Below, in pieces: positions 47,583 through 57,736 of a stretch of DNA of 64,000 bases. Where the stretch lies: positions 704,001 to 768,000 of the forward strand of contig OY969699.1 in the NCBI GenBank assembly GCA_963702025.1. Reading direction: 5' to 3'. The stretch is from an uncultured bacterium. Lineage in GTDB: Bacteria > Babelota > Babeliae > Babelales > Vermiphilaceae. The notes under the pieces are model-generated. The model saw only the letters and a program-made list of their open reading frames with translations, was not told the origin of the DNA and did not search any database. Made by a program: the position numbers and the translations under genes. Position 1 is the first letter of the stretch; each line of letters opens with the position of its first letter.

Positions 47583-48014
47583 TCAAGAACCTTTTTTTTC
47601 GGGGTATTTGGCAGCAAGTTGCGCTTTCCACTTTTCAACTTCTAATTCTTCAGAAAGTGTGAGCGGTTGATTGCATGCCTTTTTTAACGCTAATAGTGGG
47701 CCCAACTCAGCAACCCCTTGTTTTAATTGTTCCGTTTCTTGGGGTGTTGTTTCACCAATCGCAAATTTAACTTTAAGGGCAGAATCAGTTTCTATTGGAA
47801 GATTCTTTGGTGACTTCACCAGAAATGGTCCCTGATACCGGCCGGATGTTTTATATTCTTGGAGAGCCCTGAGATGTTGGAAGGTGAATAATTCCTCGAG
47901 TGTGTAGCGGGCTTTTCGTTTATTGGTTCTTTGGAGTTGTAAACATTTTTCCATGCTGTTGAGAATAGGTGCAATGAGCATGATGGCGATTAAAATATTG
48001 AAACACTTTTGCAT
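47583..48014 (-). CDS. Exported hypothetical protein
   Basis: Signal + ME. Confidence 0.65.
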   Translation of the reverse strand: MQKCFNILIAIMLIAPILNSMEKCLQLQRTNKRKARYTLEELFTFQHLRALQEYKTSGRYQGPFLVKSPKNLPIETDSALKVKFAIGETTPQETEQLKQGVAELGPLLALKKACNQPLTLSEELEVEKWKAQLAAKYPEKKGS

Positions 48015-48025
48015 AAAAATATCTT

Positions 48026-48787
48026 CTATTTAATACGTATATTCAATTTTCGTAACTCAATTTCTGCGCGCATCGGATTAAACGCCGCAACTTTTGTATC
48101 AAGCCGGGCATACCGAATACCAACAAAAGACACGTCAGGGTGTAAAATTTGTTGTATCGAGTGCAAATGTATTTCTTTATCATCCACTGCAATTATTTTG
48201 CGCGGAACAAATGAGAGATGATTTAAAACGTTATGTAATACAGTGCCTTTATCATTGCCATGGCAGAAAACAGTGCCATTTTTATAGCGATATAGGATAT
48301 CGCCAGTACTCGTAAATTCTTCGTGCCAGATTCCTGATCGTGAGAAATCGATGCCGATAGCCTTAAGTTGTTCAAGGGTGCGATCACTAATTTCTAAAGA
48401 TCGGGCCGTTACGGCAATAACGCTAAACCCATTTTCTTGGAGAAAGTCAATAAGTTCAATTGCTTCTTGCTCAATGAGCGCTAATTCAATGTTGTTTTGA
48501 ATCTCGATATACAGCGGCTTAATAGTATGCCATGCGGTATGTGCGTCCATTCCCCGCAGCATTAGTTTGTTGATCTCATGCGTAACCCACTCATCACTGC
48601 CAATGCAATAATCTCGGGGCGCGGCTAGCGTGTTATCGATATCAAAAATAATCACCGTATGTTTATGAAAATCCAGCTCGTGCAAATAATGTAACAGTGC
48701 GGTGATTTTATGGTGCTCAACAATAGTATGGGGAGCGTAGAGGGTAAATGAAAGTATTAAAAAAAGACCGTAGAGTAATCGTTTCAT
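48026..48787 (-). CDS. DUF2608-like HAD-superfamily protein
   Basis: IFDIDNTL, VTAR, DKG, VDD. Confidence 0.78.
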   Translation of the reverse strand: MKRLLYGLFLILSFTLYAPHTIVEHHKITALLHYLHELDFHKHTVIIFDIDNTLAAPRDYCIGSDEWVTHEINKLMLRGMDAHTAWHTIKPLYIEIQNNIELALIEQEAIELIDFLQENGFSVIAVTARSLEISDRTLEQLKAIGIDFSRSGIWHEEFTSTGDILYRYKNGTVFCHGNDKGTVLHNVLNHLSFVPRKIIAVDDKEIHLHSIQQILHPDVSFVGIRYARLDTKVAAFNPMRAEIELRKLNIRIK

Positions 48788-48795
48788 GAATTTTC

Positions 48796-49092
48796 CTAAC
48801 GATGAAATAGAGGTTTTGTAAAACGAATTGTAACGATTCTTCTAAAAAAGTCCATAAAAAAAGCTGCGCAAATCCAAGTAATTGGCCATAAATCCGGTAC
48901 AATGTGATCAAAGAAAGCACTTATGGTGCCAAGAGTACCACCAATAAGCATGCCGGGTATTACTGAGCGCAGATATTTTGCCTCAAGATCTTCGGCCTCC
49001 ATTTCATGTTCTTGATACACGGCAGCACAATGACCAGCATTAATCAAATTTGGCATTACAAACAATAAACTTAGCAGATACATTTTTTTCAT
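48796..49092 (-). CDS. Small hypothetical membrane or exported protein
   Basis: GAGG RBS, signal peptide, hydrophobic hairpin. Confidence 0.6.
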   Translation of the reverse strand: MKKMYLLSLLFVMPNLINAGHCAAVYQEHEMEAEDLEAKYLRSVIPGMLIGGTLGTISAFFDHIVPDLWPITWICAAFFMDFFRRIVTIRFTKPLFHR

Positions 49093-49190
49093 ACATTCCT
49101 CTTTAAATTATTCTGGATTTAAGCATACTTATGGTGTAAAAAAACTATCTCTCAGAATACACCTATTTCAATCATTTTAACATTAAGGAT

Positions 49191-49775
49191 ATGCCAATGA
49201 AAAAAGCAAGACTCGTTTTAATAGCCGGCGCAACCATTGCCGCTTCAGCATTTTGCATGGAAGAACCACCAAAAACTATTATTGAATCAGATTCAACACA
49301 AATAACAGCAGAAACTTATGTCAAAGTTACCTCTTTGTTACGTGCATTTATGCAGGGTACCATCGAGGCTAACCAAGACGGCACGGTACTCTATCGCAAA
49401 TATTCCGATTCTTCTACAGCATATAAATACTCATTACAACATGCCGCCAAGCAATTGAAAGAACTTTATAATGCAATTATTCACATAGAGAGTGGATGGC
49501 AGCAATTTCCAGAAGAAAAATTAGGAGCTGAATACAATTCAAAAAGCGAGGAAATAAAAGCTCACAGTGAATTGCGCGAGTTCTATAGATTTATGGAAAA
49601 CGAAGATATATTTAATGTGACAAATGCAATAAGACAAACAATTATTGAGAATAGAGATACATTAAAAAAAGCATTCAAAGCAGCCGAAGAAAGCACTGCT
49701 GTATCCGATGTTGCTCGCCAGATCAATGAAGCCCGCAAAAAAACCTTGCGTCCACCTGCTCCGATAATTAAATAA
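49191..49775 (+). CDS. Exported hypothetical protein
   Basis: Signal + ME. Confidence 0.7.
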   Translation: MPMKKARLVLIAGATIAASAFCMEEPPKTIIESDSTQITAETYVKVTSLLRAFMQGTIEANQDGTVLYRKYSDSSTAYKYSLQHAAKQLKELYNAIIHIESGWQQFPEEKLGAEYNSKSEEIKAHSELREFYRFMENEDIFNVTNAIRQTIIENRDTLKKAFKAAEESTAVSDVARQINEARKKTLRPPAPIIK

Positions 49776-49794
49776 CTCATTAGATTTTGATCAT

Positions 49795-49827
49795 AAAAAA
49801 AGCACTGAGAAATTCAGTGCTTTTTTT
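49795..49827. terminator. Bidirectional intrinsic terminator
   Basis: A7-GCACTGA-gaaat-TCAGTGC-T7 between convergent genes. Confidence 0.85.
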
Positions 49828-49853
49828 ATTCTGTTAAAACTTCAAAGAAATTG

Positions 49854-50147
49854 TTATTTCTTTTTTGCCGGCGCCTGTTCTTTTTGCAGTGCCGCAACTT
49901 TTTTGGCTAAACGGCCAATTTTACGCTGCGCGGTGTTGGCATGAATAACGCCTTTTCCTTTAGCGCGCGATAATTTTGATTCAGCATCTTTGAGCAATTT
50001 TTGGATTGCTTCTAACGATTCACTTTTTTCAATAGATGTTAGAACTTTTTTTACTGCTGTTTTAATAGAAGTGCGACGCGCTAAATTACGCGCTCTTTTG
50101 ATCTCATTTTGGCGAGCTTGTTTCTTTGCCGATTTGGTGTTTGCCAT
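49854..50147 (-). CDS. rpsT: 30S ribosomal protein S20
   Basis: MANTKSAKKQARQ...KGVIHANTAQRK. Confidence 0.96.
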   Translation of the reverse strand: MANTKSAKKQARQNEIKRARNLARRTSIKTAVKKVLTSIEKSESLEAIQKLLKDAESKLSRAKGKGVIHANTAQRKIGRLAKKVAALQKEQAPAKKK

Positions 50148-50166
50148 TTCCAAGTATCCTTATGAA

Positions 50167-50370
50167 TTAAACAACTTTCTTAATTTTTCCAGCCTTCAAG
50201 CATTTGGTGCACACTTTTGCATTGCACACTTTACCCGAAATATCTCCGGTATGTGTAAAACGCATCTTCTGTACGTTTGGATACACCCACCGCTTAACTT
50301 TGTTATTGGCGTGGCTTACCAGGTTTGCTACGTGCGGGGCTTTTCCGCATACTGCACATATTCTTGCCAT
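50167..50370 (-). CDS. rpmB: 50S ribosomal protein L28 (CxxC..CxxC form)
   Basis: CAVCGK...[17 protein letters not shown]...CTKCLK. Confidence 0.96.
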   Translation of the reverse strand: MARICAVCGKAPHVANLVSHANNKVKRWVYPNVQKMRFTHTGDISGKVCNAKVCTKCLKAGKIKKVV

Positions 50371-50415
50371 TGTGTTTAAGTCCTTTCTAACAGCTTTTTA
50401 ACTTTTTTTACTAGG

Positions 50416-50566
50416 ATGGTTCGATACAATTGCTTCGCAATTACTCACCACGAACGGATCAACGTGTTCAGCATGAGCGGAGGGTTTCCGTTCGTCCCGA
50501 GCTTGTCGAGGGATCGCTCTAAGTAGCCCACCAAAGTTTTAACGAAGGCCGGGGTATCAAAAGATA
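50416..50566. repeat. REP-like composite element between ftsH and rpmB
   Basis: ATGGTTCGATAC-aattgcttcgcaatt-ACTCACCACGAACGG...CCGTTCGTCCCGAGCTTGTCGAGGG. Confidence 0.85.
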
Positions 50567-50621
50567 TTATTTATTAATAATCTACAATAATAGCGATTTT
50601 TTTCAATGTATACATGCGATT

Positions 50622-52481
50622 TTAGCTAAAGCTATGCATTGTTCTTGGCGTAATTCCCAATAACTCATACACTTCTTCTGCATAGAGCGTCTCTTTTTCA
50701 AGAAGCGCCTGCGCCAGACGATCCAACTTTTGCCTATTTTCAAGCAAAATCTTCTTCGCATCATTATAACAGGTATCCAAAATTGCACGAACTTCTTCAT
50801 CTATCTTTTGGGCAGTACCTTCTGAGTAATTAAAGCCACCATATTGGTTCTGACCATAAATTACCGGACCCACTTTTTCTGACATACCAAAATAGCAGAC
50901 CATTTTACGTGCCAGCTCAGTTGCTTTGATAAAATCACTGTAGCAGCCGGTAGTTACATTCTTATCTTCAAAAACAAGGTCTTCAGCCACACGTCCACCC
51001 ATTGCAACCCGAATAGAGGCAAGGATTTCTCGTTTGGTTTCTTGATACTTATCACGCTCAGGGAGCCACCAGGTTACCCCTAATGCTCTACCCCGCGGGA
51101 TAATGGTAATTTTGTGAAGCGGCTCAGTGTCTTCAGGAAGATTGAGCAACACCAAGGCATGCCCTGCTTCATGAAACGCAGTCAATTTCTTTTCTTCATC
51201 CGACATGAGGATAGTTTTAATCTCTTTACCCACAATTATCTTGTCGCGCGCTTCTTCAAAATCTTTTACAGTGACTGATTCTTGGTTATTTTTTGAAGCA
51301 ATTATAGCCGCTTCATTAATAATATTGGCAAGATCAGCACCAGAAAAACCGGGCGTTCCGCGGGCAACTTTAGAAAGATCAACCGTTTCATCAATTTTTA
51401 CATTTTTAGCATGTAAGCGTAAAATCTGTTCCCTGCTGGTAAGATCAGGGAATGGCACTTCAACGCGTCTATCAAAACGCCCCGGACGCAACAATGCTTT
51501 ATCCAAAACATCAGGGCGATTGGTTGCGGCAAGAACTATAACAGATCCTCCACCGCTCGTTTGAAATCCATCCATCTCAGTAAGAAGTTGGTTCAATGTT
51601 TGTTCACGTTCATCATGCCCGCCACCCTGGCCATGGCCACGATGACGACCGACGGCATCAATTTCATCTATAAAAATAATGCTTGGCGCATGTTTACGCG
51701 CTTGCGCAAATAGATCCCGAACCCGAGAGGCACCAACACCCACAAAAACTTCTATAAAATCGGAACCACTTATACTAAAGAATGGGCAATTTGCTTCCCC
51801 TGCTACTGCTTTTGCAAGCAATGTTTTACCATTTCCCGGCTCACCTACCAGCAATACGCCGCGTGTGATTTTTGCCCCTAATTTGCGGAATTTTTCAGGA
51901 CTCTTAAGAAAATCAACCAGATCCTTAAGCTCTTCTTTTGCTTCAGCAGCACCTGCCACTGAGTTAAAGTTCTCTTTAATGGTCGAAGGCATAAACATTT
52001 TGGCCCGGCTTTTACCCATAGAAAATATATTTCCGGGGCCACTACCGCCATTGCCACCACCTAGATTTTTAGCTTGGCGATAAATGAACCAGCCAACCAA
52101 TAAAAGGCCGCCCAAGGCGATAAGCAACAGGCTCAGGTACCAAACATTAAACTGGTTACCTGAATTTATGACAGTGAATTCAACGTTATGCTCTTTTAAA
52201 AGATCCCAGTCCTTGTTATTTTCAGCAACAATTGTTTCAAACCGGCCGCCATCTTTAAATTTACCATGAACCTCTTGGCCATTAATTTGTACTGCCTGCA
52301 CCTGATTTTGCTCAACTTTGGTTAAAAAGCTTGAATATGGAATTACTACTGTTTGGCGGGTATAATCAGTTAACCATGCAAGTAAAATAACACAGGCAAC
52401 CATAAAACTGGCGCCAATGATCAGGTTTTTAGGGCCACCTTGAAACTGATTCTTTTTTGGATTTTTTGTATTGTTCGACAT
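50622..52481 (-). CDS. ftsH: ATP-dependent zinc metalloprotease FtsH
   Basis: GEPGNGKT, IDEID, RPGRFDR, HEAGH; 2 TM segments. Confidence 0.98.
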   Translation of the reverse strand: MSNNTKNPKKNQFQGGPKNLIIGASFMVACVILLAWLTDYTRQTVVIPYSSFLTKVEQNQVQAVQINGQEVHGKFKDGGRFETIVAENNKDWDLLKEHNVEFTVINSGNQFNVWYLSLLLIALGGLLLVGWFIYRQAKNLGGGNGGSGPGNIFSMGKSRAKMFMPSTIKENFNSVAGAAEAKEELKDLVDFLKSPEKFRKLGAKITRGVLLVGEPGNGKTLLAKAVAGEANCPFFSISGSDFIEVFVGVGASRVRDLFAQARKHAPSIIFIDEIDAVGRHRGHGQGGGHDEREQTLNQLLTEMDGFQTSGGGSVIVLAATNRPDVLDKALLRPGRFDRRVEVPFPDLTSREQILRLHAKNVKIDETVDLSKVARGTPGFSGADLANIINEAAIIASKNNQESVTVKDFEEARDKIIVGKEIKTILMSDEEKKLTAFHEAGHALVLLNLPEDTEPLHKITIIPRGRALGVTWWLPERDKYQETKREILASIRVAMGGRVAEDLVFEDKNVTTGCYSDFIKATELARKMVCYFGMSEKVGPVIYGQNQYGGFNYSEGTAQKIDEEVRAILDTCYNDAKKILLENRQKLDRLAQALLEKETLYAEEVYELLGITPRTMHSFS

Positions 52482-52623
52482 CGTCTACCTAATTTTTAAT
52501 ATGTGGAACCAAAATAATTCTATTAGAATAAATTTGCCCATTGGTAGCAATACTGTATTGATTTGGGCAAATTTGGGAATTGTTAACAGTATAGGAAAAA
52601 GAATAAAAGTTGTCGATAGCAAT

Positions 52624-53502
52624 TCATGTATTCTTTCGCTGAGCCTTTGCTCTCACTTCTTGAGGAAGTTCACGCTTTGAATCTAACAGGTCCATGAGTT
52701 CTACATCAAAGTGGTCTGGAAAACATCGGACTATTTCTAAAGGACTAGTAAAGTAATAGCTTTCATCACCACATGCAATGATTCCTTGATAATAGCTTGG
52801 CCTAAAACTAAACTCGGTTGCTTTTTCATACGCGCAAAAGCCCTTTTTTATCAGAGTTGTTATAATGGTGCGCGCATTTTTCTTAATCTGTTCATCAGCA
52901 GCATTGCAAAAGGTGGATAGAGCTATTGAAAGGGGAAAATCATCTGCTGACACATTTTCATTATCCAAAATTACTTTTTTTTCATCTAACATGGTTGCTA
53001 CAAGATCCGGATTATTAAGCCGCACCGCTTCTTCAAGTGGTCGAATGCGGCGATTACTTGATAAATCAAAACTACTGGTAACGGTATCTACCTCCGCACC
53101 CATTTTCACTAAAACTTTTGCATTTTTTATTGCTTTGGATTGCAGCGCCGCCGCTAATAGATTAAAGGTATAGGTAATGGGACACATCATGCGAGATCGA
53201 TTTTCTTGCCAGGTAAAATTGGGGTTTAATGTTTCATCTTTTAGAAAACATTCCAGAACTTCTGCGTATTTTTCATCTTTATAAAGCTTTGCTAAACAGC
53301 GGCCATCATGAGTAGATTCTGCTAAACCAACAGCTTTTGTAATTTTTTCAAAACGTGCTTGTAATTTTTGGTTGTACTTTTCATTTTTTACTTTTGCAAC
53401 TTTTTCAAACGCTGCCTTGAGAGGATCACTCTTATCCATCGCGATTGTTAAGAATGGCATTCCCATAAAAATGATAAGCATTATTTTGTTCATTTCATTC
53501 AT
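52624..53502 (-). CDS. Exported ankyrin-like protein
   Basis: Signal + MD; LVKMGAEVD, RPLEEAV, FPLSIAL. Confidence 0.75.
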   Translation of the reverse strand: MNEMNKIMLIIFMGMPFLTIAMDKSDPLKAAFEKVAKVKNEKYNQKLQARFEKITKAVGLAESTHDGRCLAKLYKDEKYAEVLECFLKDETLNPNFTWQENRSRMMCPITYTFNLLAAALQSKAIKNAKVLVKMGAEVDTVTSSFDLSSNRRIRPLEEAVRLNNPDLVATMLDEKKVILDNENVSADDFPLSIALSTFCNAADEQIKKNARTIITTLIKKGFCAYEKATEFSFRPSYYQGIIACGDESYYFTSPLEIVRCFPDHFDVELMDLLDSKRELPQEVRAKAQRKNT

Positions 53503-53616
53503 ATCATGTTCCCTACTCTTGGATATTCATTATAAATTCCTGACTTTGCAACGTACTCACAACTATCTTGAGCGCTCGTATAAAATTCAAAAACTCACAT
53601 TGAAAAATTAATATTC

Positions 53617-54273
53617 TTAAGGCTTCATTTTACTTTCAAGCATTTGCTGCAACTTTGGATCGGCAGGCATAGAAAAATCGGTTATCAGTTTAAGATCAGC
53701 TTTTGCATCGAGCAATCGTTGTATTATCTGATAATATGGTTCCTTTTCCTGTTCGTCAGACAAAGTACATCGTGCAATAGCGCAGCTGAGTGGGTTAAGA
53801 ATGCGAGATCTATTTGGTTCAGCTTTATGTTTCAGTAAGCTATCAACCATTGCCACATTACCATCGTGAGCCGCAATAGCCAATGGCGGCCAATGTGCGG
53901 CACAGCCCGCTGCTACAACACCCGCATTATTGGGATTTGCACCACCTTCGATTAACACCGATGCATTCTCATAGGCTTTACTATGTAATGCAGTTGTTAG
54001 TAGATACAACACTGAATCTGCCGTTGTTCCCCCTTCAGTCCATGAGGTGTCAGGATCAAGCAATTTTTTTTGCAATACCTCTTGCAATATGGAAACATAT
54101 TTTTTTTGCGTGCAAAGTGCTTTAATGATGGTAATACCGTATGGATTTTGAGCTAACGACTTTGAATTTATCTGTTCCGTGCGCCCTAACAAATAGGCTG
54201 TATCTATTTCGGTTTGCATGGCATTCATGCCATTTATCAAAAAGCTTGTGAACAGTAACAAGAAAACTCTCAT
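53617..54273 (-). CDS. Exported ankyrin-repeat protein
   Basis: Signal + MQ; LIEGGANPN, PPLAIAAHDGN. Confidence 0.82.
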   Translation of the reverse strand: MRVFLLLFTSFLINGMNAMQTEIDTAYLLGRTEQINSKSLAQNPYGITIIKALCTQKKYVSILQEVLQKKLLDPDTSWTEGGTTADSVLYLLTTALHSKAYENASVLIEGGANPNNAGVVAAGCAAHWPPLAIAAHDGNVAMVDSLLKHKAEPNRSRILNPLSCAIARCTLSDEQEKEPYYQIIQRLLDAKADLKLITDFSMPADPKLQQMLESKMKP

Positions 54274-54290
54274 AAAAATCCTTTATATTC

Positions 54291-55064
54291 TTATTTCATA
54301 TCATCTTTTTGTTGCATAGTTTCAAACAACTGCACCACTTCCTCCGCACCTTTTTCTTTGGCTAATTCAAAACTTGTTTTTTTGCCGTCCAGTTCACTGC
54401 TGCGAGCATCAGGATCTGCCCCATGTTGAGTGAGCAAACGGATAATGTTAAATGAATTTTTTTTTCTATCCTTGACCTCGGCTAACCACTTTGAATCGTT
54501 CCGGAATTTAGCTTTTGCTTCACTTTCTAACTCCAGACTATAAAGGTACACCGCATAGACAAGAGGCCTGCGATAAGCCAAGAGCAAATTAAAATCGGCA
54601 TTATACTTGCCCAGCAGTTCCACCATTTTACAGTCTTGTTCTCCAATTGCATAAAAGATTGGATAATAACTATGTCCAAAGAAATCAGGGGTCCCGGGAT
54701 TTGCAGTTACGTTAACGTCTGCGCCATAGCGCAAGAGTAATTCCGTTTGTTTATATTTATCATTACATACACATGCGTGCAATAAGCGCGCTTCATCATA
54801 GCGCTCCGTATTTTTCCAGCGGTAATTGGGATCGAGTTTTTTCTTTTCCAAAAGATATGCAAAAAGTGGCACATATTCATCAAGAAGAATATCATGAAAT
54901 AGCTGCCGTTCTTTAAAATTACCCGCATAGTAATTGGTTACCATTTCAGTAATCTCATTAGTTTTTCGCTCTTTAATTTCATGTACAATCTTTACCACAT
55001 CTCCACGCGTCATGGCCCAAGAAGATACACTTAAGAAGCACAGTAGAAAAAAAATAGGTTTCAT
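54291..55064 (-). CDS. Exported ankyrin-repeat protein
   Basis: Signal + MT; LLRYGADVN, LTQHGADPD. Confidence 0.82.
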   Translation of the reverse strand: MKPIFFLLCFLSVSSWAMTRGDVVKIVHEIKERKTNEITEMVTNYYAGNFKERQLFHDILLDEYVPLFAYLLEKKKLDPNYRWKNTERYDEARLLHACVCNDKYKQTELLLRYGADVNVTANPGTPDFFGHSYYPIFYAIGEQDCKMVELLGKYNADFNLLLAYRRPLVYAVYLYSLELESEAKAKFRNDSKWLAEVKDRKKNSFNIIRLLTQHGADPDARSSELDGKKTSFELAKEKGAEEVVQLFETMQQKDDMK

Positions 55065-55073
55065 ATTGATCCT

Positions 55074-56345
55074 TTACAATACTACGCAACCGCTTTTAGT
55101 TTGATCAGCCGATTGCACAGATGAAGCTCGAAGAGATTCGTTAAAATTTTCTTCTATGAATTTTCTATTAAGTTCTTCTAATTCCTCTTTAGATACACCC
55201 CATCGATTAGGATCATCTTCTTTTTCCTTATTTGCCGATTGCACAAGTGTCTTAATCAGTGCCGCTTTTTTAAAATCACCCTGAGGAATATCCCACAATG
55301 TTAATTCTTCATTGCCACTGAGCGCCTGAATTTGCGTAGCATCTTTATTAAACTGCAATGAATAGATCAACGGAATTGCACCACCGGAAAATGCCAAAAC
55401 AGAATGCGGCTCATTTTTATTGTTCGGATCAGCAAAGCCAATGCTACTACTGTCCTCTGCCTCAATGGCCATTAATAATGTTTTATCATCAGGACTATAG
55501 CTGAGCCAATCAGATTCAAATCCTGCTTTCCCGCTACAATCATACTTACTCAACCATTGACCAAAGGCATTCATCACCACGGTATTTTTTCCCGTAGCTG
55601 GATCGTAAAGGTAAATGCGATTTTTTGTGGTGCCGGCAGCAATTTGTGTGCCGGCATGATTAAAGGCAACAGGGTTGCTTCCCCATCCACCAAGATTAAT
55701 AGGATCTGAAGGGTTTATAATTATTTGATACTTACCAGCGGCAAAATCCCATATTTTAATGCATTTCTCATTAAACACTGCGAACGATTTACCACTCGGA
55801 TGATAATGGCCCCCCGAAATACCTTCGTCACTTGGAAATTCGGTAATTTTTTGGCCGGAAATGGTGTCCCAAATAATATTCGAATTAGTAAATGCTGGAT
55901 TTGCCACGCCAGCAATTTCATTATTATTCTTCGGATTGTATTCTGCCCAACAATAGTTGCCTTCAAATCTCTGAGTATTTTGACCAGTTTCAACATTGAA
56001 TAAATTTACCCCATCAAAAAATCCGGCAATAATCGTTCCATCATAATTATAGGTTGCGCCAATACAGGAGCTTACCATTTTAATCTTGCATTCACTTTGA
56101 TACGGTGCAGCAGTATTCCATATTTCTATATAATTCCCTTCTGTAGCTGCCACCATTTTACCATCCGGTGAATAACAGGAAGCAAGAACTACTTTATTGT
56201 TTTTATCTTTTATTAACTCGGCAACTTCATGCGGCTTTTTCCATCCGACTTTTTTAATAAGAATATCTTTGGCTTTTACTTGCTCCATACCAAAAAACGG
56301 AATAACCCAAAGAATGCCTATTAAAAAATTGAAGATTAACCGCAT
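55074..56345 (-). CDS. Exported WD40/beta-propeller protein with CaaX (CVVL)
   Basis: Start MRLIFN after AAGGAG; signal + ME; YSPDGKMV, IKIWD, LTLWD; ends SGCVVL*. Confidence 0.85.
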   Translation of the reverse strand: MRLIFNFLIGILWVIPFFGMEQVKAKDILIKKVGWKKPHEVAELIKDKNNKVVLASCYSPDGKMVAATEGNYIEIWNTAAPYQSECKIKMVSSCIGATYNYDGTIIAGFFDGVNLFNVETGQNTQRFEGNYCWAEYNPKNNNEIAGVANPAFTNSNIIWDTISGQKITEFPSDEGISGGHYHPSGKSFAVFNEKCIKIWDFAAGKYQIIINPSDPINLGGWGSNPVAFNHAGTQIAAGTTKNRIYLYDPATGKNTVVMNAFGQWLSKYDCSGKAGFESDWLSYSPDDKTLLMAIEAEDSSSIGFADPNNKNEPHSVLAFSGGAIPLIYSLQFNKDATQIQALSGNEELTLWDIPQGDFKKAALIKTLVQSANKEKEDDPNRWGVSKEELEELNRKFIEENFNESLRASSVQSADQTKSGCVVL

Positions 56346-56430
56346 TCTATTCTCCTTAAAAAATAGCAATAAAAAAACTCCCGCACACTCTACCATTGGC
56401 AACCAAGAAAGACAAGTACGGGGGCATGAA

Positions 56431-57726
56431 TCACACAATGACCGGAAATTCATCAAACATACCCGACCAGCTTGGGGAGGTGCAGTTATCATGTTGACCG
56501 GTGAGATAGCGATAATCACCTGTTATGGTATTAAAAAGCGCAATGCGGCTTGTTTTACCGGCATCAACGGAACATAATAAATAAGTGCCGCATGGCGACC
56601 AGACGCATTCTTCTTTTTGCGCTGTATCATGTGATAATTGCCGATGCGTTTTGCTGGCAACATCATATGCACAAAGTTGCATAACGCCACTAACCATTTT
56701 AGCATAGCCGAGCTGTTTTTTTACCGGACAATAAGTCGGTGAAACACAAAATCCATCAGGAGTAATCCGTTCAATCTGGTTTGTTGCTAAATTATAGGAA
56801 TATATTAATGGTTTTCCCGTTTCAAAATCAGAGCTAAAATAAAGAATCTCAGCATCAGCAAAAACCGGCGCAAAATTATTGCCTTCATTGTGAGTTAACC
56901 GTTTTAATTTTTTGTTTGACCATTGATACAGTTGACAGTTGCCTGATCCTCGCGTCGCACAATAAATGACTGATCTGCCATCAGAAGAAAATGTCGGCAA
57001 CATATTAAGACCATCAAAATTTGAAGCAACAATTCTTTTTTTATGCATATCAACGGCAAGCATACGCATGTTGGTATTGGTATTTTCAGAATAGAAAACC
57101 AATGGCCTTTTAGGATCATTATTCCAGCGGGGAGAGACGTTAATAGTCGCCGTGTCAACAAGCACTTCTTCATTACTGCCATCATAATCGGCCATGCAAA
57201 TGGCAGTAAAATGGCGTCCATTTTTTTGTGGAATTTCTTTCACGTATGCGATTTTGGTTGAAAAAAATCCGGGTTGGTTATGCAACGTTTCGTACAATGA
57301 ATCAGCTACTGCATATGCCCAGCCACGCGGGGCATCTCCCCGTTTTGCAATCCGTTTTCCTTTATTGGTGATACGCTTTGGCCAGCTTATATCGCATAGT
57401 CGCCAGTGCATATGCTGCGGACAATTTTCAATAAAAATCGCATATAAAAAACCTTTTTTATTCAGTTCAACTAATTCTGGAACAGTCAGAATATCTGGCA
57501 CTATTTCCATGGTCACTGCACATTGACCGGTAAATTCAAGCGCCTTTTTAATCAAATCGCCGCATATACAATCAGCATCCGTTTTTCCCTGAACGCCTAA
57601 AAAAATTGCTATTTTTTCTTGCTGTTGAGCAATAACGGGTATGCTGAGCTGCAGTTGGTCATCCGCTAATAATGGCGACAAGAAAAAAATTAAAACAACG
57701 AACCAGCTGCGTATATCATCGAACAT
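56431..57726 (-). CDS. tolB: TolB-like periplasmic beta-propeller
   Basis: GFFSTKIAYV, ADYDGSN, PD40 repeats; follows tolQ, tolR, tolA. Confidence 0.88.
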   Translation of the reverse strand: MFDDIRSWFVVLIFFLSPLLADDQLQLSIPVIAQQQEKIAIFLGVQGKTDADCICGDLIKKALEFTGQCAVTMEIVPDILTVPELVELNKKGFLYAIFIENCPQHMHWRLCDISWPKRITNKGKRIAKRGDAPRGWAYAVADSLYETLHNQPGFFSTKIAYVKEIPQKNGRHFTAICMADYDGSNEEVLVDTATINVSPRWNNDPKRPLVFYSENTNTNMRMLAVDMHKKRIVASNFDGLNMLPTFSSDGRSVIYCATRGSGNCQLYQWSNKKLKRLTHNEGNNFAPVFADAEILYFSSDFETGKPLIYSYNLATNQIERITPDGFCVSPTYCPVKKQLGYAKMVSGVMQLCAYDVASKTHRQLSHDTAQKEECVWSPCGTYLLCSVDAGKTSRIALFNTITGDYRYLTGQHDNCTSPSWSGMFDEFPVIV

Positions 57727-57736
57727 AGTATTTCCA

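Noticed and set aside
56346..56519. Long N-terminal extension of the WD40 ORF
   Set aside because: Overlaps tolB; the RBS and signal peptide point to the start at 56345.
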